This document shows, one piece after another, positions 8,818 through 19,517 of a stretch of DNA of 64,000 nt. The position numbers and the translations under genes are program-made. The notes under the pieces were generated by a model. That model saw only the letters and a list, made by a program, of their open reading frames with translations. It had not been told where the DNA came from and made no database searches. How positions within the stretch are numbered: the stretch's first letter is position 1; each line of letters starts with the position of its first letter. The stretch is taken from contig OZ244650.1 of the NCBI GenBank assembly GCA_965218785.1, positions 1,760,001 to 1,824,000 of the forward strand, given 5' to 3'. This DNA comes from Nitrosopumilus sp. (GTDB taxonomy: Archaea > Thermoproteota > Nitrososphaeria > Nitrososphaerales > Nitrosopumilaceae).

Positions 8818-10940
8818 AAATAGAGAAATTAGATATTCCTGATTCAGCAATCGAGTTTTTACAATCACAGGGATTTGAAAAGTTGTATCCACCACAAGCT
8901 GATAGTGTAAAATCCGGATTATTAGATGGAACAAGTATTCTGGTTTCTGCCTCTACTGCAAGTGGAAAGACACTGATTGCAATGCTGGCAATGATCAGTT
9001 ATCTTTCAAAAAATAACGGCAAGGTGGTTTATCTTAGTCCATTACGTGCACTAGCTGCTGAAAAATTCTCAGAGTTTAAAAAATTAGAAAAAGTCGCCAT
9101 TGGAAATAAAATAAAGGTTGCAATATCAACAGGTGATTTTGAAACAATTGAAAAAAATCTAGAAAAAAGTAACGTATTGATTTTAACAAATGAAAAAATG
9201 GATTCCATAATTCGACATGGTTCTGAATGGATTGATGAAATCGGTTTGGTAATATCTGATGAAATTCATTTGATTGGTGATGAAAATAGAGGACCGACAC
9301 TTGAAATGATCCTTACGCAACTCAAACTATTAGAAACAAAACCTCAGATTGTCGGTCTTAGTGCGACAATTACTAATTCTGATGAGATTGCAGATTGGCT
9401 TGGCTGTAAACTAGTCAAAAATGACTGGAGGCCTGTTCCACTATCTGAGGGAGTCTGTGATGAAGGTCAGGTTACAATGGGTGATGGTAAGACCTTTGAA
9501 GTTGAACGTAGCCTGATGGGAACTCCAATTGATTTAGGAGTGCAATCAGTGTATCAGGGGGGGCAGTCTCTAGTGTTTGCAGAAACTAGGGTCCGCTCAA
9601 AATCGCTTGCAACAAAAGCAGCAGATGCCATATTTCGGATATTAGAAAAAAAAGAAATTTCTAAACTGGAAAAAACATCAAAAAAACTTTTATCAGAAAA
9701 TGAACACACCGAACTAGTCAAAACACTGGCACTGCTAGTAAAAAAAGGAGTTGCTTTTCATCATGCAGGACTAAATCAAAAGTGCAGAGAAACAATAGAG
9801 ACGGAATTCCGTAACGGTACAATCAAATTGCTGTCATCTACCCCTACTTTAGCTGCAGGTGTCAATCTTCCTGCAAGACGAGTCATAATATCAAATATCA
9901 ACAGGTATAACGCCAAAGTTGGTGCAAACAGACCAATTAGTATTTTGGAATACAAACAGCTTTGTGGAAGGGCCGGAAGGCCACAATACGATGATTATGG
10001 AGAATCAATTATTGTTGGAAATGGAAATACCAAAGAGCTAACTGAATACTACATTAACGGAGAACCAGAAGCAATCGAGTCAAAAATTACAGATGACAAA
10101 TCTTTACGAACCCACATACTCAGTGTCATAGTTACACATCCGGGAATTAAGAATGAAGAAATTCTAGAGTTCTTTTTGCAGACCCTGGGTGGATTACAAT
10201 CAAGAAAAGCTACAATAAAATTTATGATTGGCATTTCATTACGATTTCTTTCAAGCAAGCTTTTGATAGTTAAAAAAGGTAAAAGATACGCTGCTACGGA
10301 ATTTGGAAAAAAGACATCCATGCTGTACATTGATCCATTAACTGCAACATACTTTAGGGATTCAATTGAAAACGTATCTCAAGAAAGAAAACACACTTTT
10401 GGATTTTTGCATTTGATTACAGATTGTGAAGAATTTTTCCCAAAATTTTCACTTCGACAAAAAGATTATGAGGCTGCCAGTTTGATGATTGAAAACAATT
10501 CATCCCAGTTGCTAGAGCCGATTTCAGAGTATGACTGCTCAAGAAGCCTTTTGGCGTTACAATCATGGATTACAGAATCCACTGAATTATCTCTCTCTGA
10601 CAGCCTCAAAATTGAATCAGGAGACATGCATAGAATGACTGAAAATGCCAATTGGCTATCTTATTGTCTTAGGGAGATCTCCAAGCACGTTGAGAGGGCA
10701 GATTTGCTAGAGGAATTAGGTGATTTGAGAAATAGAATAATTTATGGAATTAGAGAGGAATTACTTGATCTAGTCAGAGTCAAAGGAATTGGAAGAGTCA
10801 GGGCTCGAATTCTATTCAAACATGGCATAAAGAATCTCGATGATTTGAGAAAAATTCCGGTAAATAAATTAGGAGAGATTGATAAAATTGGTTCAACCAT
10901 TGCAGATAACATAAAGACAGAGTTACAAAAGGTTAGATAA
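8814..10940 (+). CDS. hel308: Ski2-like helicase Hel308/Hjm
   Basis: TASGKT, DEIH, SAT, FHHAGL, GVNLPA, GRAGRP, C-terminal HhH. Confidence 0.93.
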   Translation: MKIEKLDIPDSAIEFLQSQGFEKLYPPQADSVKSGLLDGTSILVSASTASGKTLIAMLAMISYLSKNNGKVVYLSPLRALAAEKFSEFKKLEKVAIGNKIKVAISTGDFETIEKNLEKSNVLILTNEKMDSIIRHGSEWIDEIGLVISDEIHLIGDENRGPTLEMILTQLKLLETKPQIVGLSATITNSDEIADWLGCKLVKNDWRPVPLSEGVCDEGQVTMGDGKTFEVERSLMGTPIDLGVQSVYQGGQSLVFAETRVRSKSLATKAADAIFRILEKKEISKLEKTSKKLLSENEHTELVKTLALLVKKGVAFHHAGLNQKCRETIETEFRNGTIKLLSSTPTLAAGVNLPARRVIISNINRYNAKVGANRPISILEYKQLCGRAGRPQYDDYGESIIVGNGNTKELTEYYINGEPEAIESKITDDKSLRTHILSVIVTHPGIKNEEILEFFLQTLGGLQSRKATIKFMIGISLRFLSSKLLIVKKGKRYAATEFGKKTSMLYIDPLTATYFRDSIENVSQERKHTFGFLHLITDCEEFFPKFSLRQKDYEAASLMIENNSSQLLEPISEYDCSRSLLALQSWITESTELSLSDSLKIESGDMHRMTENANWLSYCLREISKHVERADLLEELGDLRNRIIYGIREELLDLVRVKGIGRVRARILFKHGIKNLDDLRKIPVNKLGEIDKIGSTIADNIKTELQKVR

Positions 10941-11936
10941 TTGATTAATTTACTGATTCCAGCTATAGTTTCTTGCATTGTTGCATTTTTTGTGGTATTT
11001 CTTTTGACTCCCCCGCTAATCAAAATTTTAGAAAAAAGAAATCTCGCAGTAAAAGACATCAGCAAGAAAGGGGATGTCATGGTGGTAAGACCCGGAGGTC
11101 CTGTAATTCTTGCAGGAATTATCGCATCAGAGATTATTCTTTATGCGTTTTTACAGATGAATGAAATTCTTGCCATACTAATCACAACGTCTGCCGCATG
11201 CGTCATAGGATATATTGATGATCGAAAAGTAATGGGTGGATGGTTCAAACCCATTGCACTTGCACTAGCTGCAATTCCCATTATTGCTCTTGGCGGGTAT
11301 GACACTAATCTTGCCTTTCCATTATTTGGAACGGTACAAATTCCGGTGCTGTATCTTGCAATAATTATATTTATGATACCTATTACTGGAAATACAATCA
11401 ACTCTATTGATGTTTTAAACGGTGTCGCAAGCGGATTCATGGTAATTGCTAGTTTCTCGCTGTCTCTTTGTTTATTCATTGTACAAAACTATGAGATTGC
11501 AGTTGTGAGTCTGCCGCTTGGGTTTGTTTCATTGGCATTTTACAAATACCATAAAATTCCAAGCAGGATTTTTCCAGGGGATTCTGGAGCACTAACACTA
11601 GGTGCAATGTATGGCGTTATTGCAATTGTTGGTGGCGTGGAGATTATCGCGGCAGTTGCCCTTTTACCGGCAGTTATCAACTCATTTTTGTTCCTATCAA
11701 GCGTAAAACGAGTCGTAGAACACAGGCAGATCAAGAGAAAACCCGTAGAATATACCGATGATTTTCGACTAAAAACAACTGATGATAAAAAGGCACCTGT
11801 TACTTTGGTGAGATTAATTCTTGCAGGCGGTGAACCAATGACTGAAAAACAAGTAGGAACTGCAATTTTCAAACTAGCGGTATTTTCAGGAGTTTTAGCT
11901 GTGATTACTGCATTTATGACGGTGTTTCTGATTTGA
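10941..11936 (+). CDS. MraY/AglH-family UDP-GlcNAc-1-phosphate transferase
   Basis: GYIDD, NTINSIDVLNG, FPGDSG; multi-pass membrane protein. Confidence 0.88.
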   Translation: MINLLIPAIVSCIVAFFVVFLLTPPLIKILEKRNLAVKDISKKGDVMVVRPGGPVILAGIIASEIILYAFLQMNEILAILITTSAACVIGYIDDRKVMGGWFKPIALALAAIPIIALGGYDTNLAFPLFGTVQIPVLYLAIIIFMIPITGNTINSIDVLNGVASGFMVIASFSLSLCLFIVQNYEIAVVSLPLGFVSLAFYKYHKIPSRIFPGDSGALTLGAMYGVIAIVGGVEIIAAVALLPAVINSFLFLSSVKRVVEHRQIKRKPVEYTDDFRLKTTDDKKAPVTLVRLILAGGEPMTEKQVGTAIFKLAVFSGVLAVITAFMTVFLI

Positions 11937-12160
11937 AAAATCCAGATATTTTCATATTTTTGTTTGCAATGTGGTGTTTGTTAATTTTAGGTGGTGGAAT
12001 TCTAGTTTTGATTTTAGGACCAATTTCGATCTCCGGCTATGGTGATTTTGATTATTTTCTCACATCAGGATTAAAAGCCATTATTGCAATTGTTCTAGTA
12101 ATAATTTGGATAATTGTTTTGTCTAAAATGAAAAACAAGATTTTCAACAAAAAAATCTAA
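11933..12160 (+). CDS. Small two-helix membrane protein
   Basis: 75 aa hydrophobic ORF overlapping the upstream stop. Confidence 0.65.
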   Translation: MKNPDIFIFLFAMWCLLILGGGILVLILGPISISGYGDFDYFLTSGLKAIIAIVLVIIWIIVLSKMKNKIFNKKI

Positions 12161-12168
12161 TTTTTAAA

Positions 12169-12750
12169 TCAGGTCTTTCCTATTATTTTACCTACTATTG
12201 TATTGTCTGCCCTAACATGAGAATTTGGAGGAATGTTTTTTGTGATTAGACAGCACATATCAATTAGAGAATTTTCTCCAACTCTCACTCCCGGAGCCAG
12301 TCCAACATTCACTCCAATTCTTACCCCGTCTTCCACAAATGGCGGATCTCTAGAATCATCTGTAGTGTTTGGATAGCCAAATTTACCTGCGCTTATTTTT
12401 GGAGTATTTGCAGTGTAAAAAAACGGTGCAATAAACACATTGTTTCCTATCTCCACTCCCCATGTAACATGACACTGGGAATGAATTGTAGTCCATGAAC
12501 CAATCTTAACATTTCCTTCCGAGGTGGATAATGTTCCGAAAATGGTGTGATCTCCTATTTTTGTATTTGATTTTAAAACGGCAGATGTGCCAATTATACA
12601 GTTTTCTCCAATTTCACAATTATCGTAAATTACTACTCCCGGTTCTAATTTTGTATTTTTTCCAATTTTTATTTTTGAAGTATTGTCAAAATATTCATCA
12701 TTGAATTTCCTACTTTTTTCTACAATATGCAACATGTTATAATGACACAC
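12169..12750 (-). CDS. Hexapeptide-repeat (left-handed beta-helix) acyltransferase
   Basis: Repeated IG-x-N/IGENCIIG hexapeptides. Confidence 0.88.
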   Translation of the reverse strand: MCHYNMLHIVEKSRKFNDEYFDNTSKIKIGKNTKLEPGVVIYDNCEIGENCIIGTSAVLKSNTKIGDHTIFGTLSTSEGNVKIGSWTTIHSQCHVTWGVEIGNNVFIAPFFYTANTPKISAGKFGYPNTTDDSRDPPFVEDGVRIGVNVGLAPGVRVGENSLIDMCCLITKNIPPNSHVRADNTIVGKIIGKT

Positions 12751-12823
12751 AACTGAAATTTAATTAATACTTTGTTGATGGACAATTAGGCCGTTTTTAA
12801 TCAAATCTTACATCCTGGCTGAA

Positions 12824-13093
12824 TTAAATATGCCATGGCATTCCTGCAGTTAAGATTTTTTCAGGTAATTCTTCCTTGTATTTTTTCAGAAAATCTATCT
12901 CCTGTTTTTTATCTCGTAATTCATCAGGCAGCATTATTGGAATTTCCTCAATAATTGGATAAAATCTGGAACATTTTGGACAGAATATCGCCCCTTCTGA
13001 GACAACATTATCTTTTTCCTTAATTTCAAATAATTCTAAAGGATGGTGCTTGTCTATAGGGCATGCCAAAATATCCATCATTGTTTTGTTCAT
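12824..13093 (-). CDS. Trm112 family protein
   Basis: DILACPIDK...CPKCSRFYPIIEEIPIML. Confidence 0.9.
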   Translation of the reverse strand: MNKTMMDILACPIDKHHPLELFEIKEKDNVVSEGAIFCPKCSRFYPIIEEIPIMLPDELRDKKQEIDFLKKYKEELPEKILTAGMPWHI

Positions 13094-14025
13094 TTTAGAT
13101 CCAGATAGATAGGAATTCCTTTTTGACTAGATAAAAGTGCAGCTTCTGCAATTTTTGTCACGTTGACTGCCTCTTGTGATTTTACAACTAGAGCATTTTT
13201 GCCCTCAATTGCTCCAAGGAAACTTTGAATTTCCAATAACAGCGGTTCTTGTTTTTCATTTTGGATGGTTTCTGATTCTTCATTTTTTTCTACAATGATT
13301 TCTTGACTGATAAAATCAGATGAAATTATTGCATCAGTACACACGGCATTGAATTTTCGTACTTTTTTTGAGGTAATCCAGTTTGATGATATAATTGCAA
13401 CTTTATCATTTTTGTACCCCAGCATTATACACGCAAAATCTTCGTGTTCATGTTTTATTTTTCCCACTCTTGCAAATACCACTTGTGGCATGTCACTGAA
13501 CAGCCAATTTGCAGTATCAATATCATGAACTGATGTATCATAAATAACTCCAACATCTTTGATGTGAAGAGGCATTCTATTTTCTCTGTGAAATTCAAGC
13601 ATGACTAAATCTCCGTGTTTTTTCTCATTAACCATTTTTTTCACTACATCGACTGCGGGATTGAATCTTTCAATATATCCACAAGTCAGAATCACCTTAT
13701 TTTTTTCCGCTATTTTTGCGAGTTCTTGACCGTCTTCTGATTTGTAAGTCATTGGTTTTTCTACAAAGACGTGTTTTTTTGCCTCTAGTAATTTTTTTGT
13801 AATTTCAGTATGGGTTGATGTGGGAGTTATTACAAATGCGGCATCAAATTCCTCAGCAGCTAGTAATCTGTCTAATGATTCATAGTAATTGACAGAGTGT
13901 TTTTCCCCATACTCTTTACTTTTTTGAAAATCCGAATCACATACAGCTACTAGCACCCCTAGCTGTGACAGAATTCTTGCATGGTTTTTACCCCAGCCAC
14001 CGGTTCCAATTTGAACAATTTTCAT
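13090..14025 (-). CDS. Gfo/Idh/MocA family oxidoreductase
   Basis: GTGGWG, HVFVEKP, ERFNP, DTSVHDID. Confidence 0.93.
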   Translation of the reverse strand: MKIVQIGTGGWGKNHARILSQLGVLVAVCDSDFQKSKEYGEKHSVNYYESLDRLLAAEEFDAAFVITPTSTHTEITKKLLEAKKHVFVEKPMTYKSEDGQELAKIAEKNKVILTCGYIERFNPAVDVVKKMVNEKKHGDLVMLEFHRENRMPLHIKDVGVIYDTSVHDIDTANWLFSDMPQVVFARVGKIKHEHEDFACIMLGYKNDKVAIISSNWITSKKVRKFNAVCTDAIISSDFISQEIIVEKNEESETIQNEKQEPLLLEIQSFLGAIEGKNALVVKSQEAVNVTKIAEAALLSSQKGIPIYLDLK

Positions 14026-14943
14026 CTAATATACCTCAGTCAGCCAATGTGAGTAGTCATCGTTTTTGTTCATTACTATCTCTGTATATACTTGCATCAT
14101 CTTTTTTGTAATGTCTCCTGGTTTACCGTTTCCTATTTGCTTTGAATCCATCTTGATGATTGGCGTGATTTCTGCAGCAGTGCCTGTTAGGAAAATTTCC
14201 TCCGATATGATTAGTTCACTGCGCGTAATGTCTCTTTCAACCACATCAATATCCAAATCTTTTCCAATTTTGATTATGGCATCACGGGTAATTCCTTCCA
14301 ATGCAGATGAGGCCAGTGATGGTGTTATCAATTGACCGTTTCTTACAATGAAAATATTTTCACCTGGTGCTTCACTGACATTTCCGTTATAATCAAGCAA
14401 AATTGCCTCATCAACCCCGTTTCTTTTTGCTTCCTGTGTGGCGATTATGGAATTTAGATAGTTTCCACCCATCTTTGCTTGTGGAGGTGTAGACATGTCA
14501 GAGAATTTCCTCCAGGATACAACTCCCGCAGTAATACCCCTTTTGTTAAACAAATCACCGAAAGGGAATGTAATGATCGCAACGTTAGTCGGTGCTTTTT
14601 CTGTTACATGTAAATTGATTCCATAATCCCCGACAAAGTAAAACGGCCTGATGTAACATGATTTTTTAATATTATTTTTTTTACAGATTCCAGTAATTGC
14701 ATTAGTGATAACCTCGTCTGAGAAATTAAGTGAAATGTCGTAAAATTTACCTGATCTTCTAAATCGTTTTACGTGTTCGTCTAATCTAAACACATGGAGG
14801 TTTTTTCCATTCCAATATGCCCTTATTCCTTCAAAGATTGATGTCCCATAATGAATTGCATGGGTGGTTATTGGAACCAGAGCCCTGCTTGCAAGGACAT
14901 ATTTTCCGTCAAACCAGACATATTTTGAAAGCGGGGGTTTCAT
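14026..14943 (-). CDS. ilvE: Branched-chain amino acid aminotransferase
   Basis: HYGTSIFEGIRAY, AKMGGNY, LEGITR, GTAAEITP. Confidence 0.96.
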   Translation of the reverse strand: MKPPLSKYVWFDGKYVLASRALVPITTHAIHYGTSIFEGIRAYWNGKNLHVFRLDEHVKRFRRSGKFYDISLNFSDEVITNAITGICKKNNIKKSCYIRPFYFVGDYGINLHVTEKAPTNVAIITFPFGDLFNKRGITAGVVSWRKFSDMSTPPQAKMGGNYLNSIIATQEAKRNGVDEAILLDYNGNVSEAPGENIFIVRNGQLITPSLASSALEGITRDAIIKIGKDLDIDVVERDITRSELIISEEIFLTGTAAEITPIIKMDSKQIGNGKPGDITKKMMQVYTEIVMNKNDDYSHWLTEVY

Positions 14944-14977
14944 AGAAAATTTTTACTAGAAGCGTATTAATCTCTAT

Positions 14978-15580
14978 TTATTTTGACCATCCTTCTTTGG
15001 GAAATTTCATTCCTGCAACTCTGGTGGTATTATCATCCATGTTTGCAAATTTCTCAACTGTCTGCCAATCATCATCGATAAGTGTGGCGATGCTTTCTGG
15101 CACGTCTTTTTTCCACGAGGATTCTTTCCCAAGGGCGGCATCAAACAGTTTTTCTTTGACTGATGATGCAGAAAGTATCTTTCTCTCTCCGATTCTTGGT
15201 TTTAGCCCGTACATTTTCAGCATGTATCCCTCAGTTTTGTCTCCGGTATAGGAAAAAAATTTTCCCTCAACTCCTCGTAGAATTTGTTTTCTTAATTTCC
15301 ATGATTTTGATCTGATTAAAGGTGGCAAGTATTTTTTAAACGGAGCAAAAAAGGTGTAATCATCTGTAATTTGAATTGAATCGCCAAAAACAGACATGAG
15401 CATTTTCTTTCTTGTTTCAAAATTAAATGGAAAGCTTTTACTGTTAACTTCTCTTTGGTCGTATTTGAAAACTACCGGCATGACTTTGACAATGTCGGCC
15501 TCTTTTTTCAGATCTGAAATAATTTCAACATGTGCATGTGTTACCGGGTTAAGATGTGCAAGGTATAGCGCAGTAATCAA
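14978..15580 (-). CDS. HIGH-type nucleotidyltransferase-like (cytidylyltransferase family) protein
   Basis: HLNPVTHAH, NSKSFPFNFETR, SASSVK motifs resemble NMNAT-like enzymes. Confidence 0.7.
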   Translation of the reverse strand: MITALYLAHLNPVTHAHVEIISDLKKEADIVKVMPVVFKYDQREVNSKSFPFNFETRKKMLMSVFGDSIQITDDYTFFAPFKKYLPPLIRSKSWKLRKQILRGVEGKFFSYTGDKTEGYMLKMYGLKPRIGERKILSASSVKEKLFDAALGKESSWKKDVPESIATLIDDDWQTVEKFANMDDNTTRVAGMKFPKEGWSK

Positions 15581-15632
15581 TTATAATCACTAGATAAATC
15601 TCATATTTCAATGATTGATTTTTTGGAAAATT

Positions 15633-16487
15633 CTATCCGTATGACTCATATTTGACTTCAAAACTTCCGTCCTCACGTTTGTCATGTTCGGTTACAAATC
15701 CTTTTGGCTTTAAAAAGTCCATTACACCATCAATGGTTCCCTGCCAACCACAGACATAAAATATTGTATTTTCTTTGGTGAGTTTATCTCCGATCAATTC
15801 CTCTAGTGGTGATGTTCCGTCTTCCCTAGGTCTTAGGAATGTTTCAACCCTGCCGGTTTGACCACCCCATGATCTGTTAAACCATTCCTGAGGTCTACTG
15901 ATTGCGGCTCTATATCTAAAGTTCCACTTGTTCTTTCCCCTTTCAATACTCTTATCTTCAAGACCGGTTAGCAAATCTTTGTAGCTTAGCTCATCAACAT
16001 AACTAGCACCCTGTAAAATAATGATTTCGCGCTTATCTCCTGTATCATGAAAGTACTGTGCAAAACTGACAAATGGTGCCAGACCTGTTCCCCCGCCAAT
16101 GCATACGATTCTCCGGTTATCTTTTTCACCGTTTGGAAGTTTTTCATTAATTGTTAATGCTTTACCGGTGGGTTTTAACCAAAGAATTTCGTCTCCTTCT
16201 TTTAGATTAAATAATTGCGTAGTTAGCCTGCCAGGAAGTGGTTTTCTAACCCATCTAATTACAAGTTCGATGTAATCTTTATTCTGCGGATGAGACGCAA
16301 TGGAATATGCACGTCTAACAATCTTTCCACCTTCTAAGGGATTTGGCAGCCCCAATGTGATGAATTGACCGGCTTCAAAATCGGGAACCGGAACTTCCTT
16401 TGGAACTAGTCTGATAATTACAAGATCTTCTTTTAACAGTTGAACATAGGTAACAGTCGCCTTATTATCTACTACCATAACGATCAA
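15633..16487 (-). CDS. Ferredoxin--NADP+ reductase
   Basis: GQFITLG, RRAYSIAS, GGTGLAPF, YVCG, terminal ESYG. Confidence 0.92.
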   Translation of the reverse strand: MIVMVVDNKATVTYVQLLKEDLVIIRLVPKEVPVPDFEAGQFITLGLPNPLEGGKIVRRAYSIASHPQNKDYIELVIRWVRKPLPGRLTTQLFNLKEGDEILWLKPTGKALTINEKLPNGEKDNRRIVCIGGGTGLAPFVSFAQYFHDTGDKREIIILQGASYVDELSYKDLLTGLEDKSIERGKNKWNFRYRAAISRPQEWFNRSWGGQTGRVETFLRPREDGTSPLEELIGDKLTKENTIFYVCGWQGTIDGVMDFLKPKGFVTEHDKREDGSFEVKYESYG

Positions 16488-16603
16488 ATCATCATAGTCA
16501 TGGTTAAATATATTGTGTTAATTTTATAACGATGATTTCAATTAAATCGTTAAACGTTAATACCCACTTTGAAAAATGTTATTTAATCAGAATTCTGATA
16601 GAT

Positions 16604-16677
16604 GGGCCGGTCGTCTAGTCTGGTAGGATAGGTGCATGGCATGCATCGGATCAAGGGTTCAAATCCCTTCCGGTCCA
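16604..16677 (+). tRNA. tRNA-Ala(GGC)
   Basis: GGGCCGG...CCGGTCC-A acceptor stem with G3-U70, anticodon loop ATGGCAT, GGTTCAAATCC. Confidence 0.92.
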
Positions 16678-16779
16678 CTTTCACTTTGGATTCAGACCGC
16701 TGTCTTTTGCAGGACGACTCGTCTGTCAGGAAGTGCTACAACAAATCGCCCTGCATATGGGGCTGATGGCAGTAGTTCC

Positions 16780-17316
16780 CCCGGGTTTTTAGCATCGTGA
16801 TCACACCGTCAATTATCATCTTTTTTCCTGGAATGATCTTTTCAAGTCCTTGGGAGGTGTTTTTCGAATAATTTCTGCAAGTCGTTTTGCAGTCGGCATA
16901 ATCTCAGTATCCGTTTGTGAACTGTAGATAGCGGCAGACGGTGGTCTGATCCACGTCAAACCGTGTAGCTATCTATCCTGTGTATATTTTCCCATCAGGT
17001 ACGTCATGGTCAAAAGCAGCACATGTCGTATGTGCAGCATGCATCTGTTTCCAGAATCCGCACTGCTGTGTTGGTCCTCCTAAAAAAAGCAGTCTTCTCG
17101 GATCTGCCATGACCTGCTTAGAATCTCTCCGATGTATTCAAACTCTTTAATGTTGCATCCTGTTGCATTGTGAATGTATTTGTGGTACGCATCATGCTGT
17201 CTAGTAACCTACTGCGTGCATGCGTACTGCATCAGAATTATTCTGTCCTGGTTTTCCCTTGACTGCCAGTCCATTCTCCTGTACCTGCAGATTCCGAAGA
17301 ATGATGAGTTCATCAT
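16780..17316 (-). pseudogene. Degraded IS5-like (HTH + DDE_Tnp_4-type) transposase remnant
   Basis: Manual translation across stops and frameshifts: NATGCNIKEFEYI ... HVLLLTMTYLMGKYTQD / IATRFDVDQTTVCRYLQF (HTH) ... KKMIIDG (first catalytic Asp). Confidence 0.7.
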
Positions 17317-17479
17317 GCATCTCGTTTATGGCAAAATGGAGTTCACGTATAATCTGATCCTTGTCCATTTTTTTTATGATGCTAACCTTGCTTTTAGATC
17401 AGGATCGAAAGGCATTATCTAATAATGTACAAGTCAAAAGAATAGAATCATTTATGAATCCAAACGTGGATCGTATCTT

Positions 17480-17659
17480 ATGGTTATTTCATATGTAATC
17501 ATCGGAGCTATAACAACTATTGGTGCCATCCTACTCCGCTATTATCTAGCCGAACGCAAAAAAACTCCTAGAAATGATAAATTTTGTTATAATTGTAATC
17601 TAAATTTTCCAAACAATTACAGCATATGTCCCAAATGTGGAATACAATTTGGTAGGTAG
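17480..17659 (+). CDS. 59-aa membrane-anchored zinc-ribbon microprotein
   Basis: MVISYVIIGAITTIGAILLRYYLAERKKTPRNDKFCYNCNLNFPNNYSICPKCGIQFGR; below the ORF-track size cut-off. Confidence 0.7.
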   Translation: MVISYVIIGAITTIGAILLRYYLAERKKTPRNDKFCYNCNLNFPNNYSICPKCGIQFGR

Positions 17660-17663
17660 GAAA

Positions 17664-18505
17664 ATGAAAGCAAGATTTTTGTTGATAATTGCAATGGCCG
17701 GTTTGGGCTTTTTCAGTATTTCATATGGTGAATTTGAAAAGGTGCCAGATAAAACAGATTCCTTTGATAAAATTCAATGGAATGTTGGAGAGATAGACTG
17801 CTGAACCCATTTTATTCCGGCAAAGAAAATTCAGTAGCTACGTTGCGTGTAATTGATCCCGACTTGGTTTTATTTCCTGATTCGGTTGATTTTATCAGGA
17901 TTCATGTGTATTCAGATACTGATCCGTTAGGAACTGACATTATACTTACAAACACAATTGAAAATCCAGAATTTTTTGAAGGTGACGTGATTTTCACCCA
18001 TGATTTTCCATCATCACGGGGAGGCGTATTGCTAGTTAGTGACAGAGATATGATAACTGCAAAATATACCGATACCACACTTCCAGACGACGTTGATTCT
18101 GACAAACAAGAACTTTTTAGTTATGCAATAATTGCAAGGCATCGTGCTCCTCCGGTTGAAAGTGTGCATGTATCATCACTGGGAATTGAGGATTTGGATC
18201 AAAATCAGGTTGATAATAATAATGTGCAGGTCGGACAACAAATTTTGTTTAGTTCAGAATTGATTTCTCAGATACAAAATAAACGTGATTTTGCATATCT
18301 GGTTCAAGTACAAAATGATAAAGGACGTACAATGTATTTGTCATGGTTGTCTGGAATTATCTTGCCTGAGCAAAAAATTACATCTTCTGTATCATGGCTT
18401 CCAGAGTTGCCTGGATCTTATACCACTACAGTGTTTGTTTGGGAGTCACTAAATAATCACAATGCACTGTCTTCACCCCAGAGTATAAAATTTCTTGTGA
18501 AATGA
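17664..18505 (+). pseudogene. Secreted S-layer-like/Ig-fold protein, frameshifted near 17800
   Basis: Signal peptide MKARFLLIIAMAGLGFFSISYG...WNVGEID ends at TGA; one extra G gives WLNPFYS in frame with the 17777..18505 ORF, which ends in the thaumarchaeal S-layer-type domain FAYLVQVQ...LSW...SW.P..PGSY...VFVWES. Confidence 0.7.
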
Positions 18506-18548
18506 ATTGGGAGCAATGAAAAATAAAAACTAGAGTTTTGATAATTCA

Positions 18549-19088
18549 TCATGTTTTTGTCAATATGGAAATTAATTTTTCCATCTCAGGATCATTTTCT
18601 TTATTAATTTCATTGGTTTGATTTTCTGAAATGGTAATATTTAGATCAATGATTGCCTGTATGGCACTTTTTCTTACTTCCAAATCATAATCTAAAAGGG
18701 ATTTAAGAAGAATTTCCTCGGCTTCCAGAGCCCCAAGATGTCCCAGTGCCCCAACTGCACATGATCTGACCATAGAATGTCCATCATTTGCAAGTTTTAT
18801 TAGTGCCGGAATTGCCAAGGTTTCATTTCTATTTGCCAATACCAGCGATGCAAATCCTCTGATGTTTTTATTTGCAGAATTCAAACTTTTGATTAAAAAA
18901 TCTGCAATTTTGTTTTCGTTTAATACAAGCGAGCTAAATGCCTCCCCTCTAACTTTGATATCATCATCATCCAATCTTGAAATTATCTTTTCCAAAATTT
19001 CTGGATTATTAGTATGATCCAAAGTCTCCAAAATTCTGATTTTTTCTTTACTATTCCCAAATTCTAAAACTTTTGAAATATTTTCCAA
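18549..19088 (-). CDS. HEAT-repeat protein
   Basis: Repeated L-D-D-x-x-VR-x-x-A-x-x-A-L units. Confidence 0.88.
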   Translation of the reverse strand: MENISKVLEFGNSKEKIRILETLDHTNNPEILEKIISRLDDDDIKVRGEAFSSLVLNENKIADFLIKSLNSANKNIRGFASLVLANRNETLAIPALIKLANDGHSMVRSCAVGALGHLGALEAEEILLKSLLDYDLEVRKSAIQAIIDLNITISENQTNEINKENDPEMEKLISILTKT

Positions 19089-19203
19089 GTTCTGAGCAAA
19101 TTACTCCTTTCTAGTTAATAATAGTTCAAATCTGCCAAAAAATTTTCATGATATTTGAAAAACCCCTTTTAGCTTTAAATTATCCCTAAATGACAAATTT
19201 TCC

Positions 19204-19485
19204 ATGTCAGACGAAGCCAGAGACACCGTATTCATCGGTAAGAAACCATTGATGGCATATGTTACATCAACGCTAATTCAATTGGCAAACTTACCGGCCG
19301 TCAACATCAAAGCTAGAGGACTCAGCATTGGTCGTGCTGTAGATGTAGCTCAAATCATCATACGAAAAACAGAAAATGCAGGCTACACTATAGGAAACAT
19401 CAATATTGGTTCAGAATCACTAGAGTCACAAGACGGTAGAACCAGAAACGTTTCAACAATAGAAATTGAAGTAAAGAGAAATTAG
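19204..19485 (+). CDS. albA: DNA/RNA-binding protein Alba
   Basis: IGKKPLMAYV, IKARG, RAVDVA, RNVSTIEI. Confidence 0.96.
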   Translation: MSDEARDTVFIGKKPLMAYVTSTLIQLANLPAVNIKARGLSIGRAVDVAQIIIRKTENAGYTIGNINIGSESLESQDGRTRNVSTIEIEVKRN

Positions 19486-19517
19486 GCATAGCCAGTCTTT
19501 ACTTGAAATTTTTCTTT

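Noticed and set aside
8940-8975. Hel308 Walker A reads SASTASGKT rather than APTASGKT
   Set aside because: Single substitution outside the invariant GKT; all other motifs are intact.
17174-17422. 82-aa plus-strand ORF
   Set aside because: Opposite strand of the transposase fossil; no recognisable motifs.
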